Below, one piece after another: positions 49,452-59,670 of a stretch of DNA of 64,000 bases (position 1 is the stretch's first letter; every line of letters begins with the position of its first letter). Source of the DNA: Alphaproteobacteria bacterium. Lineage in GTDB: Bacteria > Pseudomonadota > Alphaproteobacteria > Rs-D84. The stretch lies in assembly GCA_017511715.1 (NCBI GenBank), contig JAFWJF010000007.1, positions 73,160 through 137,159 of the forward strand. Reading direction: 5' to 3'. Under the pieces are notes generated by a model that was not told the DNA's origin, did no database searches, and saw nothing but the letters and a program-made list of their open reading frames with translations. Made by a program: the position numbers and the translations under genes.

Positions 49452-49480
49452 TATTTCATCAAATAAAAAAGGAGAAATGG

Positions 49481-50509
49481 ATGAAAAAACCTTTGATAAG
49501 TTTGATTGCGCTGACTGCTTCAGTTGCTTCAGCAAATGCATTGGCGGCATCAAACATGGAAAATCCACTTTATATGCCTCAAAATCGCGAAGTATATCTG
49601 AAACCTGCTGTCGCGATGATGTATAAAACAGTGGAAGGAACAAAAGCAACCGAAAAGAAAGGCACAAGTGGCCAAGAAGAATTTCCAGTATGGCGCTTCT
49701 TTGGTGATATTGGGTACGGCATCACAGACAGATTGGATGTACACGGACGTTTCGGATACACACGCGATAACGAAATCAACCGCAAGGGCATGCACCGCGG
49801 TCGTATCGGTTTGACGTATCGTGTTTTGACAGAAGAAGCCCCATTCGTACTTGATTTGTACGGGGATGCTTATTTGTCTGGCATTTCACCAATGAAGGGA
49901 ACATACACTGCAAAAGGCTTCGATTTTGCGAACTATTCAAATGGTCGTTGGGGCGCAATATTTGGAACTCGTTTTGGTAAAACATGGAACGATTTCACAT
50001 TGGCGGCACACGTTGAATATTTGCAAACATTTGGAAACCACAATAATAAAATTGCGATTGATCCAGAAAATGCCTTTGCACCATTATTCCCATCTGAAAT
50101 TTCTGTTGAATTGAAGTCAACTCATGAAACAGTTGCAGGATTTGACGCGATGTATCAAATGAACAGCAAATGGTCATTGGGCGCAGGGTTTGAATACATT
50201 GAACATTCTGACAATGGTGTAAAAAGTATTCATACACAAATGCCTGATTTTGCCGGTGATGCTCCTGCTGTGCAGGCTTACAAGAAAGGTCAACAGCAAT
50301 ATGTTATCGATCAATTGTTGGCAGAAACAGCGGATATGGATGACGGTTGGGATGAATATGTAATCAAAACCAGTGTTGCATATCAAATGACTGACGATGT
50401 TCAATTTTCAATGTTCTTTGAATACACATTGGATGATGCACACGCACAATCTCAAAATGCAACAGATACAAAAATGGAATTGGGTATCCGTATGGGTGCA
50501 AGATTCTAA
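49481..50509 (+). CDS. Outer-membrane beta-barrel (porin-like) protein
   Basis: Signal peptide, amphipathic strands (GYGITDRLDV, YQMTDDVQFS), C-terminal Phe (GARF), strong AAGGAGA RBS. Confidence 0.75.
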   Translation: MKKPLISLIALTASVASANALAASNMENPLYMPQNREVYLKPAVAMMYKTVEGTKATEKKGTSGQEEFPVWRFFGDIGYGITDRLDVHGRFGYTRDNEINRKGMHRGRIGLTYRVLTEEAPFVLDLYGDAYLSGISPMKGTYTAKGFDFANYSNGRWGAIFGTRFGKTWNDFTLAAHVEYLQTFGNHNNKIAIDPENAFAPLFPSEISVELKSTHETVAGFDAMYQMNSKWSLGAGFEYIEHSDNGVKSIHTQMPDFAGDAPAVQAYKKGQQQYVIDQLLAETADMDDGWDEYVIKTSVAYQMTDDVQFSMFFEYTLDDAHAQSQNATDTKMELGIRMGARF

Positions 50510-50542
50510 ATTTGTAATCTAAAAATAACTTATATTGGACAC

Positions 50543-50567
50543 TTGCACCCTTTTGGGTGCAATTTTT
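50543..50567 (+). terminator. Intrinsic terminator
   Basis: TTGCACCC-tttt-GGGTGCAA followed by a T tract. Confidence 0.7.
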
Positions 50568-50650
50568 ATTTTATGGGACAAATGTTATTTTATGACTTTC
50601 CTTGATTTTATTTTTATGATATAATACTCACAAAGGAAGTCGATAAAACG

Positions 50651-51799
50651 ATGAAAAAGACCACGATTTTTGCGGTTTTGACCGGCATTATGGTATCTGC
50701 CCAAATTGGTGCACATGCCGCGTACCCTGTGTATAATCCACAACAAATGGCACGACAAGGATATGTGATAAACACTTATCCGCAACAACAGGTTGTTGGC
50801 TATCAACAGCCACAAATGGTTGGGCGTGCAACAAACATCACAACCCAGCAATTGGTTGCGGCTTCTGCGACAAACGGTCGTCCGATTGCTGCAACGAACC
50901 CGAATCGTATAACCGGAACGTTGCCACGTGTTGGTTCTGCGGCAACAAACGCGGGGCGTCAGTATTATCAGTCCTCAGATTATGACAGATTGGCGGACAG
51001 TGGTCTATATGTCGGGCTTTCTGCGGGGTACAGCACGATGATAAGCGGTCAAATATCCGCCGATTATGCTGGTCAGGAAAATTCTTTCTTTGCGCCCGGG
51101 GCGTTTCGTGCATCTGACGTACAATCGGACAGCGTGATTCCATTATCAGTTTCTGTAGGTGCCGCGATTAACAGTGATATCCGCGTAGATTTTTCTTATT
51201 TGCGTTATACCGGCATGTCTTATGCCAGCAATGTTCAGACATCCACAGGTGATGGCTTTGTTGATGCAACTGTATCTGGTGGTGCGATAACATCTAATGC
51301 AACAATGTTGAACGTTTATTACAACATAGATTCGTTTACTGGGAATGTTATGGGTGGGCAATTACGTCCATATGTTGGTGCGGGCGTTGGGTTATCATTG
51401 AACACTATTGCTGACTATGTCGTTTTTGATAACAGTTTTTATGATGAAACAAATGGACTTGGCCCTGGCAGCATACAGGCCGGTGGTTTGACCGCAATAA
51501 GCGACGTTTATGCATATCACAACGGTGGCACAATGGAACAGTTGGCATTCCAACTGGAAGGCGGTGTCACGACGGCTATGAATGATGGATTGAAACTTGA
51601 TTTCTTTGTTCGTTATGCCCGTTTGGGTAAGGTTAAAACATCTGGTTCTATTATTGTATCTCAGACAGAATGGTTAAGTGATGGTGCCGGCGATGAATAC
51701 GAAGCGCCTTATGACAGCGTTTTCCATTATACGAACTGGTTTGAAAGTGGAACATTATCAAGTTTGGATGTAGGCGTTCGTTTAAGATTAGAATTTTAA
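50651..51799 (+). CDS. Outer-membrane beta-barrel protein (OmpA/Opa-like) with Gln/Thr-rich N-terminal extension
   Basis: Signal peptide; GLYVGLSAGY, RVDFSY, MLNVYYNID, RPYVGAGVG, C-terminal GVRLRLEF. Confidence 0.75.
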   Translation: MKKTTIFAVLTGIMVSAQIGAHAAYPVYNPQQMARQGYVINTYPQQQVVGYQQPQMVGRATNITTQQLVAASATNGRPIAATNPNRITGTLPRVGSAATNAGRQYYQSSDYDRLADSGLYVGLSAGYSTMISGQISADYAGQENSFFAPGAFRASDVQSDSVIPLSVSVGAAINSDIRVDFSYLRYTGMSYASNVQTSTGDGFVDATVSGGAITSNATMLNVYYNIDSFTGNVMGGQLRPYVGAGVGLSLNTIADYVVFDNSFYDETNGLGPGSIQAGGLTAISDVYAYHNGGTMEQLAFQLEGGVTTAMNDGLKLDFFVRYARLGKVKTSGSIIVSQTEWLSDGAGDEYEAPYDSVFHYTNWFESGTLSSLDVGVRLRLEF

Positions 51800-51805
51800 C
51801 ATAAA

Positions 51806-53566
51806 ATGAAAAATAAAGTATGTAAAATATCTTTGTTTTCTGCAATTTTGGCAAGCATTTCTGCCCTGCCAGTTGATGCGCGTGTTGTTGTGAACACAAA
51901 AAACGCCGGACGTTCTTATGCGGATGCGTATCAACAGGTTAACGCAGTACGCTATCAACAAGAATACATGAATGCAACCGCAACGAATGCAACAACCTCA
52001 TCTGCGACAGCAAATTTGCCGGTAAGGGTTTCTGACGAAAAGTTGGCTTCGGCGATATTAAGCAACACATCAGAAACAACCGTTGCACATCTGGAAAACT
52101 GTGCGATGATTTATCCAAACGGTGTTTTCATGTGGGCGGTTCCAGAATCTGGCATTCGTCAAAACCAACTTGACCAATGCGTTGCAGAAGTATCTTTGGT
52201 TGATGCGAATACCAACATTGTGTTGGCTACGACAACTTTGGCGGCAGGCGATGCGATGAAATGCAACATTGATTCGTTCCCTGAAAACGGGATGAATGTG
52301 GCAGCGTTATCAAAGGTAATTTTACCCGCAGACGATGCACCAACCATGGCAGATGTCGAAGCGGTCATGAACCAAGAACAAAAACAAAACGCCGGAATAA
52401 AAATCGCGGCTGGTGCAATTATACACGCTGTGGCGGGAAACATTTTGGCACCAAAGGATGCTGGCGATACAAAACTTTTGGGTACTGGTAAAAACAGAAT
52501 GACAGGAACCGCAATTGGTGCAGTGACCGGTGCAGGAATCGAAGCCGCAGGCGCATACTCTGGCAAGGTTGCAGGCGATACCATAAAATCAACCGTTATT
52601 AACGCAGAAGCCGGTGCCATTGTTGGCAACATGTTGGCGGGCGCATCCAGTGATGGCGAATTTTTGACAATAAAGAAATGTACGGTTGATAAAAAAGAAT
52701 ACGATTGTGTTGTTGGACGCGTAGAAAAAGAAGGGGACGATTTTAGCACAAAAATAAAAGAAGCCGAGAACAGTAACAAATTCTATATTGTCAAACTGAA
52801 CGGAACCGATGTAAGATTGTGCGAAACAGACAACAATGACCCAAATAAATATAAATGTAGTCCATATTCCAACCGTCTGTTGAATATAGAAGTAAAAGGT
52901 CGTGATGGTTCTGTATCATTAAAAAACCTTAAGGACTCTAATAAAAAACAGACCCCAGAAAATTTTGAAATTTCCGAACGCTATGCGGTAAGTGATGAAG
53001 GCAGTTCTGTTTTCGAAAAAATAACCGATGCCAGAAAAAAAGCAGATGATGCATATTTCGTCATAGCCAGCGCAACTGCAACAACTGGCATGGGATACCC
53101 CGCTTATGCTGTTATGAAAAGTGGAATTTCAAGTAAATTTGGTGGGCATAAAACTTCTGAATGGGGCAGTACAATCGGAAAAACCGAAGGTTCATATACA
53201 TTAAGATATCGTAATTCTGACGGTTCTGTGGGGTCAGAAATATCGCCAAAAAGCGACAAAGAAGAAAACACGTCCGCTGCCAAGTTTGTTTTCACCCCAA
53301 CTTCCGGCAGTGCTGATGATGGTGATTTAATTGACTTTTCTAACCCTGGTCGTACCAAGGGCACAGTTGCAGGTGCGGCAACAGGTGGCGCATTGGGTGG
53401 TTTTGCCGGATATCAGGGCGCAAAAACAGAAATAACAGACCGTTGGGTTGCGGCAAGTCGTGAATACGAAGATTCTTTGTCTAACTTTGTATGCATGACC
53501 GGGACACGATTCCTGGGCAAATACAACGATTATATTGAAATACCCGAACCAAATAAATCTGAATAA
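51806..53566 (+). CDS. Secreted hypothetical protein with glycine-zipper segments and paired Cys
   Basis: Signal peptide; GTAIGAVTGAG, AGAIVGNM and GAATGGALGG segments. Confidence 0.6.
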   Translation: MKNKVCKISLFSAILASISALPVDARVVVNTKNAGRSYADAYQQVNAVRYQQEYMNATATNATTSSATANLPVRVSDEKLASAILSNTSETTVAHLENCAMIYPNGVFMWAVPESGIRQNQLDQCVAEVSLVDANTNIVLATTTLAAGDAMKCNIDSFPENGMNVAALSKVILPADDAPTMADVEAVMNQEQKQNAGIKIAAGAIIHAVAGNILAPKDAGDTKLLGTGKNRMTGTAIGAVTGAGIEAAGAYSGKVAGDTIKSTVINAEAGAIVGNMLAGASSDGEFLTIKKCTVDKKEYDCVVGRVEKEGDDFSTKIKEAENSNKFYIVKLNGTDVRLCETDNNDPNKYKCSPYSNRLLNIEVKGRDGSVSLKNLKDSNKKQTPENFEISERYAVSDEGSSVFEKITDARKKADDAYFVIASATATTGMGYPAYAVMKSGISSKFGGHKTSEWGSTIGKTEGSYTLRYRNSDGSVGSEISPKSDKEENTSAAKFVFTPTSGSADDGDLIDFSNPGRTKGTVAGAATGGALGGFAGYQGAKTEITDRWVAASREYEDSLSNFVCMTGTRFLGKYNDYIEIPEPNKSE

Positions 53567-53567
53567 T

Positions 53568-53594
53568 AAAAAACGCCAAATCGGCGTTTTTTTT
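53568..53594. terminator. Bidirectional terminator
   Basis: AAAAAACGCC-aaatc-GGCGTTTTTT between convergent genes. Confidence 0.75.
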
Positions 53595-54837
53595 ATTTAT
53601 GCTTGTACGCCAAAATCAATGGCACCATTTTATCACGATATTTTACCGGTATGGCGCTGATTGGTATTAAAAGCGAATTAGACTGCCCTGCGGACATTTT
53701 TGGCAATTCAGAGCCATCTTTGGCGTTAATAATATGTTCCAAAACAACCGAAACTTTTTCTTGAATATACGGCAAAACAAAATTAATCGTATCACCAGCC
53801 CGTATTTCATTACGCAATTCAAATGTTATGTTGGTATCATCAACATTTGTTATGACACCTGCGACACAATAATCTGAATTAGAATGGGTTTGTTCATAAT
53901 CATGTGCATCACTTGGCAAAGGCCCATCAAAAAACGCAGTCGTATATCCACGTGTTTCAAGTAAATCTAAATCTGCCATAAAAGGCGTTGGGTCAAAATT
54001 TTCTGGGTCGCGCGCATACGCATCCAGTGCATTACGATACGCACGTGTCACCATCCCGACATAGTATTCACTGCGATTTCTGCCTTCGATTTTAAGTGTA
54101 TCAGGGTGTGATTCTATTACTTCCTTTAATCGTGGCATAAGGCACAAATCTTTGCTGTTCATAATATATGCGCCACGTTCGTCTTCTTCGATTGGCATTT
54201 CTATACCAGATTCTTTTTCGCGTAAAATCACATCATATTTCCAACGGCAAAGTTGCGCACACGCCCCACGATTAGATGGACGCCCCGTTATATAATTCGA
54301 CAACAAACACCGCCCTGAATAAGACATACACATCGCACCATGAACAAATATTTCAAGTCCTATATCAGGACACTGTTCACGGATAGACTTAAATTCATTA
54401 TGCGATACTTCGCGTGCCAAAACACACTGCACCGCACCCGCATTTTGCCAAAACTTGACCGTGGATGCGCTGCATATATTCGCTTGGGTCGATATATGAA
54501 TTGGAATATCTGGATGATGTTGTTTTACCCACATTAAAACACCTGCATCAGATATAATAAGCGCATCAGGACGAAGATATTTCAAGACTTCGCTTACCCG
54601 ATCCATATTTTCATAATCGCGGTCATGAGCAAATAAATTAAACGCTAAATAAACTTTTTTACCGTGTTCGTGCGCAAAATCTATACCTTGCTTTACTTCG
54701 TCCACAGTAATTTTCGCACGTGCACGCATAGAAAACCCCGGCAAACCCGCATAAATCGCATCTGCGCCATATAAAATCGCAGTCTTGAACGCGTCTAATG
54801 TTCCCGCCGGCGATAAAAGTTCTGGTATTTTTTTCAT
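53593..54837 (-). CDS. Peptidase U32 family protein, TrhP/YegQ-like tRNA hydroxylation enzyme
   Basis: PELLSPAG, HISTQAN, LARE, FVHGAMCMSYSGRCLLS, NRGACAQLCRW, SKDLC, LKIEGR. Confidence 0.9.
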   Translation of the reverse strand: MKKIPELLSPAGTLDAFKTAILYGADAIYAGLPGFSMRARAKITVDEVKQGIDFAHEHGKKVYLAFNLFAHDRDYENMDRVSEVLKYLRPDALIISDAGVLMWVKQHHPDIPIHISTQANICSASTVKFWQNAGAVQCVLAREVSHNEFKSIREQCPDIGLEIFVHGAMCMSYSGRCLLSNYITGRPSNRGACAQLCRWKYDVILREKESGIEMPIEEDERGAYIMNSKDLCLMPRLKEVIESHPDTLKIEGRNRSEYYVGMVTRAYRNALDAYARDPENFDPTPFMADLDLLETRGYTTAFFDGPLPSDAHDYEQTHSNSDYCVAGVITNVDDTNITFELRNEIRAGDTINFVLPYIQEKVSVVLEHIINAKDGSELPKMSAGQSNSLLIPISAIPVKYRDKMVPLILAYKHK

Positions 54838-54905
54838 GCCCTGTATTTTATCAGTGTTTTTTATAATAGCAATAAAAAACGGGCAAATGCCCGTTTAGGT
54901 TAACT

Positions 54906-55355
54906 TTATAAACTGCGCACCTTGTCCAAAGCGGCCTGCACAGACTTTTGCTGTAATTCTTGCAACTTGTTTTTTTTCTGCTTTTTTCTCTCTTGTTGTA
55001 ATTTCAACCAAGCTGCTTGCAATTTTTTTTGTTTTTCTTCTTCGGCATCTTTGCGCCCCCTGGCAACTTTACAAAGCAAATCGTGAAACCATTTGGTTCT
55101 TGCTTTTTGCATATCAGATAATTCATCATAATGACAATCCAAAGATGTAATTTCTGCACCAGATTTATCAAACACTATTATTTTACGATTTGTTATGTCA
55201 AACCATATGTCTAAATTGTCCAGTTTATATATTTCTGTATTAGAATTATTGCCACCATAACAAGAATGAAAACTGACAGATTTTTTTATCTTTTTTGCCA
55301 ATTCAGAAATTAAATTTTGTTCCAAACGAAATTGTTTATTAAAAAACAAAAACAT
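54906..55355 (-). CDS. Hypothetical protein with Lys/Gln-rich C-terminal helix
   Basis: ORF with AAGGAG RBS before MFLFFNK. Confidence 0.55.
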   Translation of the reverse strand: MFLFFNKQFRLEQNLISELAKKIKKSVSFHSCYGGNNSNTEIYKLDNLDIWFDITNRKIIVFDKSGAEITSLDCHYDELSDMQKARTKWFHDLLCKVARGRKDAEEEKQKKLQAAWLKLQQERKKQKKNKLQELQQKSVQAALDKVRSL

Positions 55356-55487
55356 TTTTACTCCTTTGATTGTTTTTGTTAATGTAGCAACAAATTGACA
55401 AAAAGTCAAGAGTTTGTCAAAGTGTTTTTTTGACACGACGCATTTTTTACAATATAATCAGCAGACAGCCAATAAAAAGGGAAAAAA

Positions 55488-55829
55488 ATGGTCGCACAAA
55501 CAAAAATTGACAACTTATTTATTGAAGTACTGAAAAAATCAGATATAAGGCACGTCTTTGTTAACGGCTTTGATAAATATATCGTTTACGACAAACGGGG
55601 AACTTTATTTGTCATAGGGCGCAACCCAAAGACAAACCAACACGGATTTGGACGCACACCGTTAATGATGAAAGAATACCAACGTATCCAGCTGCCCACA
55701 GATATTTTACCTGATTATCCTGTTCTTTACAGCAAAATAGAACGCATATATAAAATATATCGAACTGTGACCAGTGAATTTCAGCCAATATTTGACATGA
55801 TTGATACTTTCTGTGGGAAAAAGAGATAA
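55488..55829 (+). CDS. Hypothetical protein
   Basis: ORF with AAGGGA RBS, divergent from the previous gene. Confidence 0.55.
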   Translation: MVAQTKIDNLFIEVLKKSDIRHVFVNGFDKYIVYDKRGTLFVIGRNPKTNQHGFGRTPLMMKEYQRIQLPTDILPDYPVLYSKIERIYKIYRTVTSEFQPIFDMIDTFCGKKR

Positions 55830-55894
55830 AAAAAAGATTATTTGTATTTTTTACTTGCAAAAAAGCATATTTGCCTATATTATATATCTCGCTT

Positions 55895-55970
55895 GCCAGT
55901 TTAGCTCAGTTGGTAGAGCATCTGATTTGTAATCAGAGGGTCGTTGGTTCAAGTCCGACAACTGGCACCA
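55895..55970 (+). tRNA. tRNA-Thr(TGT)
   Basis: GCCAGTT/AACTGGC acceptor stem, TCTGA-TTTGTAA-TCAGA anticodon arm, GGTTCAAGTCC, encoded CCA. Confidence 0.97.
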
Positions 55971-55997
55971 GAATTAAAACGCACCATTGGTGCGTTT

Positions 55998-57029
55998 TTA
56001 TTTTTGTTTTTCCAAAAACTTCAATGCCATTTGATTCATGCGCACACCAAAATTTGTTTCCACAGTATTAAATACAGTTTTGCTTTGGACTGCGTTCTGA
56101 AAACCTAACACATCTGCTTCCAAATTTGGTAACGCTGCAGGTTTCAATTTCATGCTGATTTTTTCATTTTTTTGCAAATATTTTGCCTTTTGTACAAAAC
56201 CCTTTTGCCAAAACACGCCACCCAATCCCTTTGCGGTATCATAACTGTGTTCCCGCACATAATTACTAATTGGTAAATCATCCTTTGGGCTTAAAAAATC
56301 ACGATATATCGGCTGATAAAAAGTGATAGATTCTGAATTTGGGATAAAATTTTGGACTATTGGATTTACAACTTTTTTGCGTTCATTTTCAACAACATCT
56401 ATTTCCATAACACCCGTGATGTCATTTAACGGACACGCATTTACAACTTTTGGGAAACCAACACGTGGCGAAACCAGATTATGCGTTGACGCATTGAAAA
56501 AATAGTAATCGTTTATTAGCATTGTGAATGCTGTCGGGCAATAATTAAACAAATGCGTCATTGTTCCACCACAATAAATACCTTTGTTTTTGCCCTCTTC
56601 CAAGTTTAATTTCTGAATTGATAACAATCTGTCTTTTTTGGCGACACCATAATCTATGTGATAATGCGGATGCACATTATGCTTTAATACCGGGTCATAA
56701 AACATATTTGACAACCATAAACCAATACGAACTTTATCAAACCAGTCCATAAGCAAACTTGCATCCGCACCATTTATAGATTGCCCCGCCAAGACACGTT
56801 CCAATACAGGTTTTACCGCCGCTTCCATTTTGGAATATTTGCTGTTGCATTCTGTACATGCCGGGAAAGAAAAATGCATAAATGAAATATTACGACCTAA
56901 ATTTGGATGCGGCGCAAAAACAGTTTTCTTTTCAACGCCAGCCATCCTTATCAACCATTGTGGAATAACATGTTCCAGGTTTTTATTTTTCGGTTCTTTA
57001 CCACAAAATATACAAAATTTTTCTGACAT
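55998..57029 (-). CDS. Protein with N-terminal HNH-like zinc-binding domain
   Basis: CIFCG..NLEHVIPQW..ACTECNSKY (CxxC..EH.IP..CxxCN). Confidence 0.65.
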   Translation of the reverse strand: MSEKFCIFCGKEPKNKNLEHVIPQWLIRMAGVEKKTVFAPHPNLGRNISFMHFSFPACTECNSKYSKMEAAVKPVLERVLAGQSINGADASLLMDWFDKVRIGLWLSNMFYDPVLKHNVHPHYHIDYGVAKKDRLLSIQKLNLEEGKNKGIYCGGTMTHLFNYCPTAFTMLINDYYFFNASTHNLVSPRVGFPKVVNACPLNDITGVMEIDVVENERKKVVNPIVQNFIPNSESITFYQPIYRDFLSPKDDLPISNYVREHSYDTAKGLGGVFWQKGFVQKAKYLQKNEKISMKLKPAALPNLEADVLGFQNAVQSKTVFNTVETNFGVRMNQMALKFLEKQK

Positions 57030-57065
57030 ACTGGCAACATAGCACCAAATATTATTTTTGTCAAC

Positions 57066-57473
57066 TTATTTATTTTTCTTTGCGCCGCTTTTTATCAGTG
57101 CATCCAATATATCATTCATGGTTTTTGTGGTTTTTGGGTGTTTTGTTATGAATTTTTGTATCCCTGCAACTGTCAAGGCGACTAAAAAACGTTCAATTTC
57201 TTGATTTGATATCACTTCCTTGAAAGAAGTTTGTTTGTCTTGGTGTGGTTCGCATTGGCACTTTCCACAAAAAACTCTTGATATCTCTGGCAGCCACCAC
57301 GCAAACAATATCACCATTGATGGAACAATTATGCACAAGAAAAAATATTTAAGAGAATTGGTACAAAAACTAGCGTTGAAGAAACCACCGCAATATCTTG
57401 GTATTTGCAATATTGTTAACATCGCAAATTCATAAAGAGTTAAAATTGTCACAAATATTTTCAATTTTCGCAT
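57066..57473 (-). CDS. Hypothetical two-TM membrane protein
   Basis: Two hydrophobic segments with Cys; start at MRKLK. Confidence 0.55.
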   Translation of the reverse strand: MRKLKIFVTILTLYEFAMLTILQIPRYCGGFFNASFCTNSLKYFFLCIIVPSMVILFAWWLPEISRVFCGKCQCEPHQDKQTSFKEVISNQEIERFLVALTVAGIQKFITKHPKTTKTMNDILDALIKSGAKKNK

Positions 57474-57547
57474 ACTATAATTAAAATAATAAAAGCGTCC
57501 TTTTTCAACAGGACACTTTTCCAAAAATAAAACCGTTCTGTACGGTT

Positions 57548-58252
57548 TTATTTCGATTCTTTCTGAATTGCGTTCGCCACAGATTCTATTTGCAACAATT
57601 GATTTTCCAGTGCCGCACGTTCCGAAGTTTTATAGCCTGTTTCGGTTGGTTTCTTTTCTTCGATTGGTTCTGCTTTCTTTTTTTCAACCATTGGACTTAT
57701 AAGGTTTTTATGTTGTTTTCTGTCTTGTTCCAAATCTTGCTTTAACAATTTGCTGTTGCCAAAGAAAAACCAATCATCCATTTTACTGGCTGTCAATTGC
57801 ATTACCGGACGGGTACGCGCATCAGCAATCCATCGTGGCAAACCACGTGGCATATCTGAATAATACCAAAGCATTCCCCAATACACAAACCCCATCACGA
57901 TAACACTGCGAATAATGCCAAAGACCACCCCAAGCGTTCTGTCTGTGACAGACAAAAAACTGTCCTGTATTCTTTCACGAATTTTGTGATTTATAAAACC
58001 AACAATAACCAATATCACAAAAAACACTATAAAATACGATGCAATCAGTGTCACAACAGTTGAATCTGGCAAATGAAACCATTTTTGTAATTGAGTATCC
58101 AAATATGGCGATGTAAAACGCGCAGTTATCGCCGCCACTATCCACGACAAAGTAGCAATTGTTTCGTATATCCCGCCACGTATTGTTGCCCAAACGGTCG
58201 AAGCCAATATAACCAGGATATAAATATAATCAAGAACAGTTAAATCAAACAT
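57548..58252 (-). CDS. cvpA: CvpA (colicin V production) family membrane protein
   Basis: LDYIYI..IRGGIYE..SWIVA..DRTLGVVFGIIR. Confidence 0.85.
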   Translation of the reverse strand: MFDLTVLDYIYILVILASTVWATIRGGIYETIATLSWIVAAITARFTSPYLDTQLQKWFHLPDSTVVTLIASYFIVFFVILVIVGFINHKIRERIQDSFLSVTDRTLGVVFGIIRSVIVMGFVYWGMLWYYSDMPRGLPRWIADARTRPVMQLTASKMDDWFFFGNSKLLKQDLEQDRKQHKNLISPMVEKKKAEPIEEKKPTETGYKTSERAALENQLLQIESVANAIQKESK

Positions 58253-58261
58253 ATGTTTTAC

Positions 58262-58825
58262 CTATTTATGTTTTTTCAACAAAACAAAGCCCATCCCAAC
58301 AAACAACACTATCAAAAATCCATATAACAAAATATCTGTTATATTAACTTTTGTTTTGCTTGTTGTTGTTTTTGTTATTTTTTTTTCGGATATTGCATTT
58401 TTTCTGTCGGCGTGCGCTGTTACAAAAGCATCTTTATCTTTTTCCATTTCTGCCTTGTTTGATGCAGCCACTTGTTTTTGTTCATCGGTTAAATCAATCT
58501 CTATCGCGGTGCGCATTTCTGGTTTTGTCGCTTCGCCAAAGCCCTGAAAGCATTTATCACCAACAACAATTACCGGCACCCCACCAGATTCATATTTGCA
58601 TTTTTCAAGTGTTTTTACAAATTCTGCGTAATTGTCTTTTTCCATGACATTTACTGTTGTCACATTCAAATCAGAATATTCATATATCAAAGTGCTTTCA
58701 ATAAATTCTCGCGCATGATGACAATGCGGACATGTCGGTGAATAAAAAATTGTTATATCTGCAGCATTTGCACCAAATGCAAACACACTACACACAAACG
58801 CAAACAATAATTTTGACAATTTCAT
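58262..58825 (-). CDS. Exported thioredoxin/glutaredoxin-like protein with C-terminal TM anchor
   Basis: Signal peptide, FYSPTCPHCHHA (CxxC), GVPVIVVG. Confidence 0.82.
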   Translation of the reverse strand: MKLSKLLFAFVCSVFAFGANAADITIFYSPTCPHCHHAREFIESTLIYEYSDLNVTTVNVMEKDNYAEFVKTLEKCKYESGGVPVIVVGDKCFQGFGEATKPEMRTAIEIDLTDEQKQVAASNKAEMEKDKDAFVTAHADRKNAISEKKITKTTTSKTKVNITDILLYGFLIVLFVGMGFVLLKKHK

Positions 58826-58950
58826 GATAATTCTCCTTTTTGCTTTATTCGATAAATTATAAATAAAACAAAGAAACAAACGCAAGTACTTTTTATTTTT
58901 TTCTTGATAAAAAAAGCAGAATATATATCCTTATTCTATAAGGAAAGATT

Positions 58951-59670
58951 ATGGGAAAATTTAGAGATTTTTCATATAAAAAAATCTGTGTGATGCTGAC
59001 ATTATGCAACGTCGCGTTTGCTTGTGGCGCATTGGCTGAAGATGCCTCTAGTGATGGGTCAAGCACTACAAAAACATTGTGCACAGAAGGATATTATTTG
59101 TCACGTTGTGGTCAAAATGTCGCGTTGGGTACCAATTGGCTAAAGGGCATAAGATCAAGTACATCTTCTGATGGCACCCAAACAACCGCAATAACCATAA
59201 CAACCGGTGATTACTATTCTGATGCCAAGCCTGTTTCAGACATAACGCATATCACCAACCTGCGCATTTTTTTCGAGGCAACCCAAGACTTGACGGTGTA
59301 CACAAAAAATAAGGGGAAAAAACAAATACCTGCGAGCACCTATAAAAATGATAAAAATAACATGCTGTCCAAGATTTGCACGGATAACACGGGCAGCCTT
59401 ATTGGGATAGAATGCGAAAAGTGTCCGGACAACGCATCCGTTCCCGCGTCAACAGTTGACCTAGACACAAATGGCAAACCGTTATTGCACTCATGGAATG
59501 TTCATACGATTGCAGATTGTTATGTAAAAGAATTTTCTGACAATACTGGCACTTACAAATATGTATCATCAAGCGCAGAAGAAACACTTCCTGCCCAAAA
59601 GTGTTATTATTCTAGAAACGTACCGGGAGATTCGTTAAACACGTTAAATGACAATGATTCTGGCAACTAG
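58951..59670 (+). CDS. Secreted Cys-containing hypothetical protein
   Basis: Signal-like N-terminus; CTEGYYL, CEKCP, IADCY, DNTGTY..CYY. Confidence 0.6.
   Translation: MGKFRDFSYKKICVMLTLCNVAFACGALAEDASSDGSSTTKTLCTEGYYLSRCGQNVALGTNWLKGIRSSTSSDGTQTTAITITTGDYYSDAKPVSDITHITNLRIFFEATQDLTVYTKNKGKKQIPASTYKNDKNNMLSKICTDNTGSLIGIECEKCPDNASVPASTVDLDTNGKPLLHSWNVHTIADCYVKEFSDNTGTYKYVSSSAEETLPAQKCYYSRNVPGDSLNTLNDNDSGN

Noticed and set aside
52159-52779. Long antisense ORFs (206 aa here; also 15633-16112, 20742-21254, 61170-61649)
   Set aside because: They lie opposite well-supported genes and reflect codon bias of the sense strand.
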